From NCBI GenBank assembly GCA_016204045.1, contig JACQLQ010000004.1:100927-164926 (forward strand): a DNA stretch of 64,000 nt. Reading direction: 5' to 3'. This DNA is from Parcubacteria group bacterium (GTDB lineage: Bacteria > Patescibacteriota > Minisyncoccia > Phycocordibacterales > UBA2135). Positions 17,972 through 27,782 of this stretch are shown here, one piece after another; the stretch's first letter is position 1, and each line of letters starts with the position of its first letter. The position numbers and the translations under genes were made by a program. The notes beneath the pieces were generated by a model. It worked only from the letters and a program-made list of their open reading frames with translations, had not been told where the DNA came from and searched no databases.

Positions 17972-19804
17972 ATGGCAGAGCCCTCCCCCAAGACCGTCCT
18001 GATCGGGCCAGCCGTGGAAACGCTCTTCGCAAGGAGCGTGGAATCCCCCTGGCCCCAAGACATACTGAACGATCCCGATTTGGTCCTGCACTCTGAACTT
18101 CGACAGAAGCTATGTACGGCACTCGACACGCTGTACAAACAGCTACCCGATTCACGTATGGATATTGCCGCGGCTATTGAAATGAGAATCGTCGGGGCAG
18201 ACGCGGTAGCAGAGCTCTATCGGCTTCTCACGGAGTTCCTAGACATTGATCCGAATCATCGTCGGCTCGTGTTGTATCTCCCGTTTGAGCTCCTCCCCCA
18301 CGCAGGTTGGAACCCAGCTTCCAATCTACTCCGCACATCTGCGAAATTGTTTGTAGATTCCTACATGCGCTCTTGGCGAGAGTTACTTGAGGAGACACAC
18401 GTACGAGCCAACTTTGATGACGGCAACATCCTCGAGCCAGCACTCGCCCCGAACGGACAACCCAGAGTCTCGAAGGCGGCACACCTCATCCCGCAACTCA
18501 TGCGCAAGGGACTTATCTCCCCCGATGAAGTGACGGCACTTAAGGACAGTACTTCAAGCGACATCCTGAAAGAGAGTATTGTGGAGGCGCTTTCCGCATT
18601 GGAACCCGTGCTTAAGGCTACGGCCAAGAAAGAACCAGACCATCTTACTTCCTTAAAGGGCTTACCCGACGCAATTGCCTTCGATCTGAAGAAACTCGAC
18701 ATGCGCGAAGCGCTCGACCGTTCGCGAGGCATGCCTGGGGCACGAGTCACATGGGAACGATCTGACCGAGAGGATGCACTTATCTCGAACTACGCTACAC
18801 GCATTGCGGAGGCGTTCTCGAGAAACAGCATCGTATGGGAGGATCTGGCAAAACTTTTGTCCCACACCAACAAAGTGATATGTCTCACCGCAATGCGCGG
18901 AGTACGCCTGGCAGTAGAAGCGCTGGCGGACACCGAGAGAGAGCGGGCGCTAGGCCTTTGTGTAAAATTCGGTGCGCATATCAGGGTAGACATGCCGAAC
19001 GTCTCGGATTTCTCTGATGAACTAGAGAGTCTACTCGCACATTGGGCACACCTTGGATTCGTCACCGAAGGAGACCTGCAGAAGTTCGGGTTCGCCTTGC
19101 CGAGATTGGACGCTCCATTCTCGGGGGCGGGTGCTCTTGCCTCTGACCTTAGAACATTCGACAATGTCACTTCACGGATCGCATCTGACCCAGAGCTCTC
19201 GCGGCTTTTCTATCCAGTGGCAATCTTCTTTGGTTCGCGCCTCAAAGGCTACGCCAAGAAGAATGCTGATCTCGATGCCGCAGTCTTCGTGCGACCCGGC
19301 GTCTTGGAGAGCGAGCTCGGAAAAGTGCGACGTGTGCTTGGGGAACTCTTTACCGGGCGAAACATAGACGGTAAGGTCGTCCAATTCTGGCTTGAGGCTC
19401 GAAAAGGAAGTCTTCACATACGTGACTTACCGGACCCCGATGTCCTTCTTGGTGACAGTACTTGGGTACACCTGCTTTTGGGGAGCGTGTGGCTCGGAGA
19501 AGAATCGGCAGTCCGAGAACTCTATACCAGACTGCTTCCTGGGTTCCTGCGCTCCATAGACAAGATGTCTGATGGACGTAGTATTCGAACATTCTGGCTC
19601 GATGAAATGGAGCGAGAAGTCCTGCAATACCGCTTGCTCCACAAAGGATATGGGCGGTTCTTCCCGCGGAGACTTGGGAAGGTGAACCAGGGTAGTATCG
19701 GACCCAACCCGGAAAGCACGTTTTGGGATTCGGGATACAGACGACTTGCAACAAAGCTCTTTATCTCCCGGGTATTTCTACCCCAATTGAAAACAGTTAT
19801 ATAG
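17972..19804 (+). CDS. Large protein with a C-terminal pol-beta-type nucleotidyltransferase motif
   Basis: FFGSRLKGYAKKNADLDAAVF matches hG[GS]x9-13DhD; long helical N-terminal region. Confidence 0.7.
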   Translation: MAEPSPKTVLIGPAVETLFARSVESPWPQDILNDPDLVLHSELRQKLCTALDTLYKQLPDSRMDIAAAIEMRIVGADAVAELYRLLTEFLDIDPNHRRLVLYLPFELLPHAGWNPASNLLRTSAKLFVDSYMRSWRELLEETHVRANFDDGNILEPALAPNGQPRVSKAAHLIPQLMRKGLISPDEVTALKDSTSSDILKESIVEALSALEPVLKATAKKEPDHLTSLKGLPDAIAFDLKKLDMREALDRSRGMPGARVTWERSDREDALISNYATRIAEAFSRNSIVWEDLAKLLSHTNKVICLTAMRGVRLAVEALADTERERALGLCVKFGAHIRVDMPNVSDFSDELESLLAHWAHLGFVTEGDLQKFGFALPRLDAPFSGAGALASDLRTFDNVTSRIASDPELSRLFYPVAIFFGSRLKGYAKKNADLDAAVFVRPGVLESELGKVRRVLGELFTGRNIDGKVVQFWLEARKGSLHIRDLPDPDVLLGDSTWVHLLLGSVWLGEESAVRELYTRLLPGFLRSIDKMSDGRSIRTFWLDEMEREVLQYRLLHKGYGRFFPRRLGKVNQGSIGPNPESTFWDSGYRRLATKLFISRVFLPQLKTVI

Positions 19805-19829
19805 TAAATAAATAAGGGCAGTGAGTATC

Positions 19830-21257
19830 TCACTGCCCTTTTGTAATATCTATTTTATCTTGTTCCGTCGGACCGATAGACACGGCAGCGACGGGAACAC
19901 CAAGATTTTTTTGTATTGTAGAAACGCAAAGATCAATGAACGACTCCTTCGCATTCCCAGAGGGAATGACATGCGTCGTAAGTTTCGGTCTGCACTTGAG
20001 AAGTGCCTGGCCAAGCTTTTCTTGGCGCTGAAGGTGCTCTGCCCCTTCAGCGTCTTTCCGAGCCTTAATCCCCGTGACGATTCCTCGATCGATCTTCAGA
20101 AGATGCTCTGCATCTGGCACGTTGTCGACAATATCATACGCGTCGCACACCTGCCATGATCCCCTGCTCCATATCCGATCGAGACATGTAATGACGAGGT
20201 CATCGATTGCTCCGGGACCGCATGCTTCCAACGCGTAGCGGGCGGCCAACATGTCGAAATGTCCGACACGGAAGTTGCCCTGCCATGGGTGTTCTTTGTT
20301 GACGGCATCTGGCAACTCTAATGCAAGCTCGGACGCTTCAGTGACAAATGGACCTCCGCCGTGCCGCGTGTGATAGGCGCGGAGAATGCCCAAACTTTGC
20401 ACAGCTCCATCATAGTCGCATTCGCGCAAGATGCTCTGCGCCATTTGGGGAATCGTGCGCACTTTCGTCGTATGCGGATGAAAGCCCTGATACCGATCGA
20501 GGAGTACTCCTTGAGAACCCTCAAAGACTACTGTCCCCTCTCTACCAAGTATCTTTTCTGCCACGTATGTATCGTCGACAATGCGCACCTGCCCCACAAG
20601 GTCACCGAAGCGTTCGACTGCCCACTCGACGGTATCGGAATCTTCCATGTCTGCAAGTTCGGCAAGGACACGATGGCGCACATCGGGTGGAACAGTGCTT
20701 GCGCGATCCGCAAATTCCTCGAACTCCGTCCATTTGCAGCGCTGAATGGCTTCCAATTTCTCTCGTAGCAGATCAGTGTTATGCAAATCCTTGATCCTAA
20801 TAGCTCCATCGTTCAAGACTTCGGAGTCAAGCACCGTCTCGCCGACACCAATACCGACAGAGCCGCGTCGCCCCTGGCCACGCATGAGTTCGCGGACACG
20901 GCCGGCAATGGCTTGAAATGGAGTGATGACAAGAGCGTCTTCGTGAATGGTCATGATGTCCAATGCACCGCGAACACCACTCTTCTCTCGCAACCATTCT
21001 TCTTCTTTAAGTATCGCAGCCGGATCGACGAGCATATGCTTCGAGAGATGCGTACCTGCACCCTCAAATGTGCCGGAGCCAAACTGCGAGAAGACGTGCT
21101 CTCTGCCATCTCTACACACCACGTGATGCAGGGCTTGCGGCCCGCCTGTGCGAATCACTGTGTGCGCTTTGTGCTTGCGCGACAACCAGTGCGTCGTAGT
21201 ACCCTTGCCTTCATCTCCATACCCGAGTCCTGTCACTATAAACGCTTTTCTCGTCAT
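19830..21257 (-). CDS. Divergent adenylosuccinate-synthetase-like (PurA-fold) protein
   Basis: GLGYGDEGKG, GSVGIGVGET, FEGSQG.LLD, YHTRHGGGPF.TE and VSIGP; the Asp-binding loop is replaced. Confidence 0.88.
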   Translation of the reverse strand: MTRKAFIVTGLGYGDEGKGTTTHWLSRKHKAHTVIRTGGPQALHHVVCRDGREHVFSQFGSGTFEGAGTHLSKHMLVDPAAILKEEEWLREKSGVRGALDIMTIHEDALVITPFQAIAGRVRELMRGQGRRGSVGIGVGETVLDSEVLNDGAIRIKDLHNTDLLREKLEAIQRCKWTEFEEFADRASTVPPDVRHRVLAELADMEDSDTVEWAVERFGDLVGQVRIVDDTYVAEKILGREGTVVFEGSQGVLLDRYQGFHPHTTKVRTIPQMAQSILRECDYDGAVQSLGILRAYHTRHGGGPFVTEASELALELPDAVNKEHPWQGNFRVGHFDMLAARYALEACGPGAIDDLVITCLDRIWSRGSWQVCDAYDIVDNVPDAEHLLKIDRGIVTGIKARKDAEGAEHLQRQEKLGQALLKCRPKLTTHVIPSGNAKESFIDLCVSTIQKNLGVPVAAVSIGPTEQDKIDITKGQ

Positions 21258-21326
21258 CGCGGCTCCTCCTTTCGTTTCGTGTTTAGAAAACAGGGCGGTC
21301 CTGTGGGCCGCCCTGGCTTGGAGACA

Positions 21327-22538
21327 TTATAGTTTCCAATCCGGCTTCTCTTTACCTTTGGGGGCCGGCTTCTTGTCCTTTGACTTTGAACGCGGAGGAG
21401 AACCCTTTGTCCCGATCGGCCAGATGTCCTCGCGGCTCGCAAACGTGGCACCCGCCATAGGAATCTTGTCGAAATTCGGAAGCGTAGTCTGAAGACCAAT
21501 GGGAATTCCAGAACATGCCTCGACGATACGCTTCGCTTCGGAAGCTGTGACTTTAGCTTCCTTGAGGAAGTCGACTGCGCTCTGAAGATCGAGTACACCT
21601 TCGGTGAGTCCGATGATGACGGCCTGTACTTCGGCAAGGTCTTCTGTCTTTGGCAACCGAATAACACGTTCCTCGCCGAGGACCTTCGACCACCACTCTG
21701 CGGTGTAGCGATTGTTTCCAACCTGCAGGAAAAAGCCATGCCAGTTTCGGAGCAACTTCTTCGCGACTTCAACCGTCGAAGGCAATGACTGGGGTGAACC
21801 CTTACCAAATGCCTTTTCGAGGACTGATGGTCCGAAGACCTGCTCAAGCACTCGCCCATCGAATGAATCGCGCCCAATCTCATCGCCTACCGAGAAGTAG
21901 TAGCCACGAAGCCCGTACTCGGTAATTGCTGCCCTGGTGAGATGTGCTGCTGCAAAAAGTCCGAGCTGATAATCTTCGGTGGAATCCCCACCACTTCTCT
22001 CGGGAACCAAGAGCCCCATCTGCCGTTCGACTTCATTGTCTGGCTCGAACATGGAACGCTGGTAGGGAAATTGATCAACACGGTCCTGCACGACGCCGGT
22101 GCACAACTGTGCGTGATAACGGCGCAATACTGCATTCCCACCCTGTATGAGCAGATTCTGCACCTTGGGCTGCACCTTGAAAGCAATCTCCACGTTGCCA
22201 CCCATTGAGCCAGTCGTATCGACATCCGTCTCGACGGGTATCGCGACACCGAACTTGAGCTCAAATTCATCGCTCCCGGGTACGGGCACGAGAAGGTTGT
22301 TCGCTTCGCGGATGACACCCCGCTCTTTGGGGTCCACAAGAGAATCGAGGCCTTTGCCTTGTTTGGCGCGCTGTTCGCCCTCAAATGTTACCGAGCCAAG
22401 CTTTTTCGCCACAGCGGCTCTCGAAGTATAGTCGGCCATAGAGAATGTGCCTTTAGTTCTCACGGGCGGTCTCCTTGTGAAAGAGCTTTTTCGCCGGAAA
22501 TCACTGTCTTGTGTTTCGGCGCCACCAGCAGTGTACAT
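21327..22538 (-). CDS. vWA-domain protein 1
   Basis: MIDAS-like DVDTTGSMG, GGDSTEDY and FSVGDE; K-rich tail ending PDWKL. Confidence 0.78.
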   Translation of the reverse strand: MYTAGGAETQDSDFRRKSSFTRRPPVRTKGTFSMADYTSRAAVAKKLGSVTFEGEQRAKQGKGLDSLVDPKERGVIREANNLLVPVPGSDEFELKFGVAIPVETDVDTTGSMGGNVEIAFKVQPKVQNLLIQGGNAVLRRYHAQLCTGVVQDRVDQFPYQRSMFEPDNEVERQMGLLVPERSGGDSTEDYQLGLFAAAHLTRAAITEYGLRGYYFSVGDEIGRDSFDGRVLEQVFGPSVLEKAFGKGSPQSLPSTVEVAKKLLRNWHGFFLQVGNNRYTAEWWSKVLGEERVIRLPKTEDLAEVQAVIIGLTEGVLDLQSAVDFLKEAKVTASEAKRIVEACSGIPIGLQTTLPNFDKIPMAGATFASREDIWPIGTKGSPPRSKSKDKKPAPKGKEKPDWKL

Positions 22539-22717
22539 CGCTTGTCGACCCGTGTCAAAACTGGTCTCTAGGGGTCGCTCGCTCTCTACACGTGGTGTCT
22601 ACTTGGTATCGTATCAGGAAGAGAGTAAGTGTCAAGTATACACTATGTTACAACCCAAAGGCTGGTGTGAGTCAACAAAAAACCTGGGGGGTCGTCCCAG
22701 GTTGTTACTTCTATGTA

Positions 22718-23656
22718 TCAGATCGGATTGGCGGTCGTATATTCCTGCCAAAAGGCAAGCGCTTCTTTTGAATGCTCGCGAGAAATCTCATCGCACAGCA
22801 TGAAGTGCTTGAAGCCCAGTATACGCATCAACTCAATGTCGGAAATATCCGCCATAGAGACTCCTCCCCCATCAAGTCCCAGGAGAAGGCGTGAGGCACA
22901 GATCGCGCGCGGATCTTTCTCTGCAATCTCGCGGAGTGCACCGACCATTTTCCCCACACCAATCTGAATCATCAAATCATCGCGCGCAGCCATCAGTCGA
23001 TACGGACTGCCGTTTGAGAAATGCTTTTGCTCAAGCCCGCGCACGAACTCAACTCCCGCTTGTGATTCGATCTTCAATACAATTTCGCATTCTTCAAGAG
23101 ACACCGCTCCTCGAGAATGCCGCTCGATGGCTTCTTCGAGTTCACGAACATCATCCCTGCTTTCGATAAAAGAAAGCATGAACCGCCTAATCCCCTGTTC
23201 CAGTGCCGCTTTGATATATTCGTGGTCGAGAGGAAGAAGACCGCCCTCAATCGTAAGTCTCTTGGCGAGTATGTTCACTGACTGCCCCTTGCCGACGAAT
23301 TTCGGTTTGGAGTCTACAAAGAGCTCATTACCACGCCGCACCTCACGGAGTTCACACGGCTGATCGCCACGCAAATATACTGTTGCTGGCAATTCTACCG
23401 AAATACCGTGGTTGAGGATAATCGGGCTATCGGGCACCACAGCCCATTCGATAATGCGGAGTTGTCTACCCTTCAAATCAACATAGAAAGGCTTATTGAG
23501 CGGCTTTGCAAGCGCTTGAATGCGCTCCAGTGCCCCATATGGGCCGCATACAGACTCTACTCCTGTGTTGTATCGAACTGCTTCAACAATCGGATTCGCA
23601 ACAATCGATCGCAAAAGTTCACTCTGGTGTACGGGCGGTAAGCTAGAGATGAGCAT
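22718..23656 (-). CDS. Pyruvate-kinase-like barrel protein lacking the C domain
   Basis: VRYN, VDLKGRQLR, VGKGQSVN, LSFIES, LKIESQAG and MAARDDL parallel PK motifs; ~312 aa. Confidence 0.75.
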   Translation of the reverse strand: MLISSLPPVHQSELLRSIVANPIVEAVRYNTGVESVCGPYGALERIQALAKPLNKPFYVDLKGRQLRIIEWAVVPDSPIILNHGISVELPATVYLRGDQPCELREVRRGNELFVDSKPKFVGKGQSVNILAKRLTIEGGLLPLDHEYIKAALEQGIRRFMLSFIESRDDVRELEEAIERHSRGAVSLEECEIVLKIESQAGVEFVRGLEQKHFSNGSPYRLMAARDDLMIQIGVGKMVGALREIAEKDPRAICASRLLLGLDGGGVSMADISDIELMRILGFKHFMLCDEISREHSKEALAFWQEYTTANPI

Positions 23657-23807
23657 GGGCAATGTCTCCCCTACCACGGACTATCTGCACAAGGAATACC
23701 ACATATATTGCACTCATGTCAATGTCTATGTGTTTAAGTATTGCAATAAAAAACCGCAAGCGATGCGTCGCCTGCAGTGTGCTATCTCTCTAGCTTCTAT
23801 GTGTGTG

Positions 23808-24854
23808 TTAGAGCTTCCAGCTCTGGTCTTTGTTACCCTCATCCTTGCCCTTAGCGCCTGGCTTTTTCTTTTTCTTCGTCCCGGTATCTTTGGGCGGGTC
23901 TTCATCTGAGGTCGAACGCGCAGCCTTGATTGGCTTGAAGTTCTTTAGCGGCTCAAGTGCTGCCGCGACCTGGCGAATGCGTTCAGGCGACTGTGGTTCG
24001 TAGACAACATCTTGTCCCAAGTTGAGTGGCCGTGTCCGCATATCTTCCAGGTACTCGGCAAGAGTTCGCGCGCCCGAGACGATAGCGTAGACCCCGAGCG
24101 TGACGTCGCCAATGGCAAGGTCGCCATCGTCGCCCTTCGGGAGTAGGATCACCCTATCCCTACCAAGAGCTTCGCGCCATTCGCTCACAATGCGAGCATC
24201 CAATTCGTTTGGATAATGCCGATGAATGAGCAACGCATTACCCTTAAATTTCTTCACAAGATCAGCAAACACCTTGTTCGCGGTCGTATCCTGGTGCTCT
24301 CCACCAAAATGTTCGCTAAGATCCGCACCATAAAGTTGCGGATAGAATCCCTCATCTCCCGTGAAGAGGAAAATGGGCACTTCGGCGTTCGGCATGTCAA
24401 AGAGGTATGCATAGTAATACGCGACCACTTCATACGACTCCCTGTGTTGACCGCCACCACCGCCCTCAAAGTAAATTTTCTTGAAGTACTTATCGAGGTT
24501 CCGTAAGGCGGAAAAGTCTGCCATTTGGAGCGGGGCATTATCCCAGGTGATGTCACCAACCGCGGACAGACTCATCTCGGGTTCCCGAAGATAGTCACGC
24601 GCTACAATCTGACCAACAATGCCTGGCCACTTGTCGTAGATGATCTTGGGCAGTCTACCCATGGACCCAGTCACATCAAAGGCATAGACCAGAGGGCTTC
24701 GCGCACTGCACACGAGTCTGCGATTTTTTGGCAAGAACGATGGGTCAACTCTCGCCTGGGAAAGGTCTCTCTCTGCAACGCTCGTAAATCCACTTGCTGT
24801 ACGAAGCGCTTTGCTAGTTACGTCACGACCATAGAAGTCGCCGCTACCACCCAT
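23808..24854 (-). CDS. vWA-domain protein 2
   Basis: MGGSG start after AGGAGG; AFDVTGSMG, GGGGQHRESY and FLFTGDEG; K-rich tail ending QSWKL. Confidence 0.8.
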   Translation of the reverse strand: MGGSGDFYGRDVTSKALRTASGFTSVAERDLSQARVDPSFLPKNRRLVCSARSPLVYAFDVTGSMGRLPKIIYDKWPGIVGQIVARDYLREPEMSLSAVGDITWDNAPLQMADFSALRNLDKYFKKIYFEGGGGGQHRESYEVVAYYYAYLFDMPNAEVPIFLFTGDEGFYPQLYGADLSEHFGGEHQDTTANKVFADLVKKFKGNALLIHRHYPNELDARIVSEWREALGRDRVILLPKGDDGDLAIGDVTLGVYAIVSGARTLAEYLEDMRTRPLNLGQDVVYEPQSPERIRQVAAALEPLKNFKPIKAARSTSDEDPPKDTGTKKKKKPGAKGKDEGNKDQSWKL

Positions 24855-24984
24855 GGGAGATCCTCCTTTCAAGGATCTTGTGTAGAAACTGCCCTCACCA
24901 TAACGGAAGGATGCTCCATTGTCAATAATGCCAAAAGAAAAAGCCTCGGCATGAATATGCCGAGGCGTATGACGATAAAGAACG

Positions 24985-26955
24985 TTAGGCGACAGCAACG
25001 GCTTCGCCACCGTTGACGATATTCCGCGCCTCGATTTGCGCAATGATCTCGGCTCCACCCGGAACCAAGTCGCGCTCCTTAATATCCTCGATAATCTCTC
25101 TCGCATTTTCGGGCAAGAGTCTGCGAGAAGAAGACTCTGAAATCGCAAGAAGTGTCATGAGGTCAATCTCTGTTTGACTCGCCGAAGGAATGAAGTCCTC
25201 GATCGATGCCCGAAGTGCCTCATCATCAACCTTGTCCTTGCGCATCTCACCCGCAAACTTGAATGCCTTGAGCGTAATCGCTTCAACATCAGCTCCGGAG
25301 CGCCCCTTGACCATTGCGGCGAAGGGGGCAAAATTGGTTACCGAATTCGGAATATCGTATCGGCGAAACATGACCGTAAAGATCGAGGCGATCTCCACCT
25401 CTGTTGGCATCAAAAGCGCAATACGATCATCGCTCCGACCGCTCCGCTTCAGCGCGGCATCCATGCGATCGGGCCTGTTGGTACAGTTGATCATGAGGAT
25501 ACGCCCGCGAATCTTCGGATCAGAAAGGAACTCCATCCACGCGCGCATAATGCGTTCCGAGACACCGGAGTCGCCCTTTGGCGAATCGCGGTTTGCCTCT
25601 CCCAAGTCTACCTCATCGTTCATGACGATGACTGGCGCAAGCGCCCACAGCCCTTGGATCTGAAGCTCGGTCCGTTCTTCGGACTGCCCCACCCACATTG
25701 ACCGCGCGTTTTTCATTCTAACGAAGTTGAAACGAGCGCCCTTGGCGAGAGCCTGACCCAAAGCAGTCTTGCCCGTGCCTGGGGGACCCATAAGGGTAAC
25801 GCCCTGTGGAATGAGACGTATCTCGTTCCTGGTGATAGCATCGATCACGTTCGCAAAGTATCTCTTTACTTTCTCCAAGCCGCCGATCTCATTGAGGCTC
25901 CACTGCGGTTCGACGATTTCCATCACTGACCCATATTCGGCATTCAAGATTTCGTTCTTCCTCGCCTTTACGAAAGAAAGGTCAATTGGACGTTTCGCCT
26001 GCGCGGCAGTACGGAAGACCTCGAGGATCTGCCGCAAGCTCAGGCCTTGTGTCGCGTTAACGAATGCGTTGAGATCAAAATCTTCGGGGACTTCAAAGTG
26101 CGGAGGAAACTCTTGCAGGCGTTCCTCTAGCCCTTCAATCTCCTCTGTTGTCTCACTCTTCGCGCTACCCTTGGCACGCGGAAGCTTCTTCTTCAACGCG
26201 CTCAACTGGGCTTCAATCTCCTGCTCTTCTGGCAGACCATACGCCTGGCGTTCGATATAGCATCTGCGCTCCTCGGCCGTCGGCTTCGGAATAAAGACGC
26301 TACTAATTCTGGCTGATGACTGACGCAACTCACCGGAGACCTTGGTCGCGAGATCAGTAAGAAGCAATACGATATTGCTCCGCTTCTTTACGCGAGAATC
26401 CTGCGCCCACGCACGAAGTCGTGCAATATGCGTCCGCTCCGCAGCGAGAAGCGCTCCACCTGTCGACTCGGGCACAATAAGATGTGCTGATTCGATAACC
26501 ACGGCAACGCGCTCCATATCTTTGAGCACTTTCTCAATGAGGGGCAAGCACAGCTCCGGTTCGCGAGGGAGTTGCCGCTTTGCGGCAAGCCCAGCCTTCG
26601 CGGCGGCAACGGCGTCTTTCGCGGCTTTTGCCGCGTCTTCCTCACTTTGGAGCCCCGCGACCTTGCGAAACTCCCTTTCCATGTCAGGGGTGAGAAAACG
26701 AAGACCTGTCGCGATGTCGTAGAAAATCACCATCTCTTGCGCGCTCAACAAGCGCTTGAAGAACTCGTGAAGTGGAATATACGGATACCGCGGCTCATCT
26801 TCTACTTCTGGGTTTGGCACGAGGCAATTGATGTCACCGTGCAACAAGAAGACCGAGGAGATAGACGATACACCACGATTGAACTTGTCGAGCACTCCCG
26901 CCGTAAACCACGGGGGCACCTTGGGAAGCACTGGGGCGGCGGTCTTGTCTTTCAT
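24985..26955 (-). CDS. AAA+ ATPase (degenerate N-terminal plus active C-terminal AAA module, Ycf46-like architecture)
   Basis: IGGLEKVK, GPPGTGKT, VIVMNDEVD and TNRPDRMDAALKRSGR; start MKDKT after AAGGAG. Confidence 0.9.
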   Translation of the reverse strand: MKDKTAAPVLPKVPPWFTAGVLDKFNRGVSSISSVFLLHGDINCLVPNPEVEDEPRYPYIPLHEFFKRLLSAQEMVIFYDIATGLRFLTPDMEREFRKVAGLQSEEDAAKAAKDAVAAAKAGLAAKRQLPREPELCLPLIEKVLKDMERVAVVIESAHLIVPESTGGALLAAERTHIARLRAWAQDSRVKKRSNIVLLLTDLATKVSGELRQSSARISSVFIPKPTAEERRCYIERQAYGLPEEQEIEAQLSALKKKLPRAKGSAKSETTEEIEGLEERLQEFPPHFEVPEDFDLNAFVNATQGLSLRQILEVFRTAAQAKRPIDLSFVKARKNEILNAEYGSVMEIVEPQWSLNEIGGLEKVKRYFANVIDAITRNEIRLIPQGVTLMGPPGTGKTALGQALAKGARFNFVRMKNARSMWVGQSEERTELQIQGLWALAPVIVMNDEVDLGEANRDSPKGDSGVSERIMRAWMEFLSDPKIRGRILMINCTNRPDRMDAALKRSGRSDDRIALLMPTEVEIASIFTVMFRRYDIPNSVTNFAPFAAMVKGRSGADVEAITLKAFKFAGEMRKDKVDDEALRASIEDFIPSASQTEIDLMTLLAISESSSRRLLPENAREIIEDIKERDLVPGGAEIIAQIEARNIVNGGEAVAVA

Positions 26956-26965
26956 CGGCTTCTCC

Positions 26966-27664
26966 TTAGTGGTCATGACGATGGCCATGGCCGTGTTGGT
27001 GGCTCTCCGTGTGGCCGTGCTTGTCACGAGTTTCGCCCGGGAAGGGATCGCCCTGCTTGATTGCGCGCTTCCCAAGGACAAGCTTCACTCCGAGCCGAGC
27101 CGCAAGCGCCAGAAACTTTGCTGTTGCGAGATCGAGCGCCTTGCGTGACTTGAAGTGTTCGAAGACAATCTCGGAGACATCGCCCCGTCGCGTGATCTTG
27201 ATGTAGTCAGAGGGGTGTGATTTCCCTGCCTCTTCGGCTTCGAGCACAAGCTCTTCGCCTTTTTGCGTAATCGTCACCGTGTAATCGAGAAGTTCTGCCA
27301 CAATGCCGAGAATCTCGAATTGCCAACGATTGGAAACAGCCGAGCTTCGTTCACTCAGCCGCGCTTTTTCGCGAGCAGAGGTAAAGCTCCCCTTCGCCTC
27401 AAGCATCCCTTGCGCATTTACGGTGAAATCGAGACCTCCACCGTCCACTTTCGCAAGGGCGCGCTTAAGCGCCTCAGTGAGAAGCGACTCGACGTCTATC
27501 TCATTACCAGTAATCCATTCCAAGAATGTCGAATCTTCTATACCGAGCTTTTCCAAGAGGTCTGCATCGATATCAAGGGCCTTTGCCTTTTCAGTAAATA
27601 CTTGCGGCTGCGGCGCTGGAATTGTGACCTTAGTAACACTTCTATATCCGATATCGCACGGCAT
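26966..27664 (-). CDS. Hypothetical protein with MPC N-terminus and His-rich C-terminus; AAA partner
   Basis: AAGGTGG SD; ends 10 nt before the AAA start; tail HGHTESHQHGHGHRHDH. Confidence 0.7.
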   Translation of the reverse strand: MPCDIGYRSVTKVTIPAPQPQVFTEKAKALDIDADLLEKLGIEDSTFLEWITGNEIDVESLLTEALKRALAKVDGGGLDFTVNAQGMLEAKGSFTSAREKARLSERSSAVSNRWQFEILGIVAELLDYTVTITQKGEELVLEAEEAGKSHPSDYIKITRRGDVSEIVFEHFKSRKALDLATAKFLALAARLGVKLVLGKRAIKQGDPFPGETRDKHGHTESHQHGHGHRHDH

Positions 27665-27782
27665 GCGGTACCACCTTTCCTTTGCGATCGTTCGTATGTC
27701 AACGACGCTTCTGTCCTCGTACTACCACGAAAAAACGCCGATGGCAAGTCGGCGTAGTGGTGTTGTTTCGCTCATCACTATC

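Noticed and set aside
19830-21257. PurZ (Z-genome biosynthesis)
   Set aside because: The P-loop keeps Asp (GDEGKG, not GSxGKG), the aspartate-binding loop PurZ needs is missing, and no adjacent DatZ/MazZ or phage polymerase is present.
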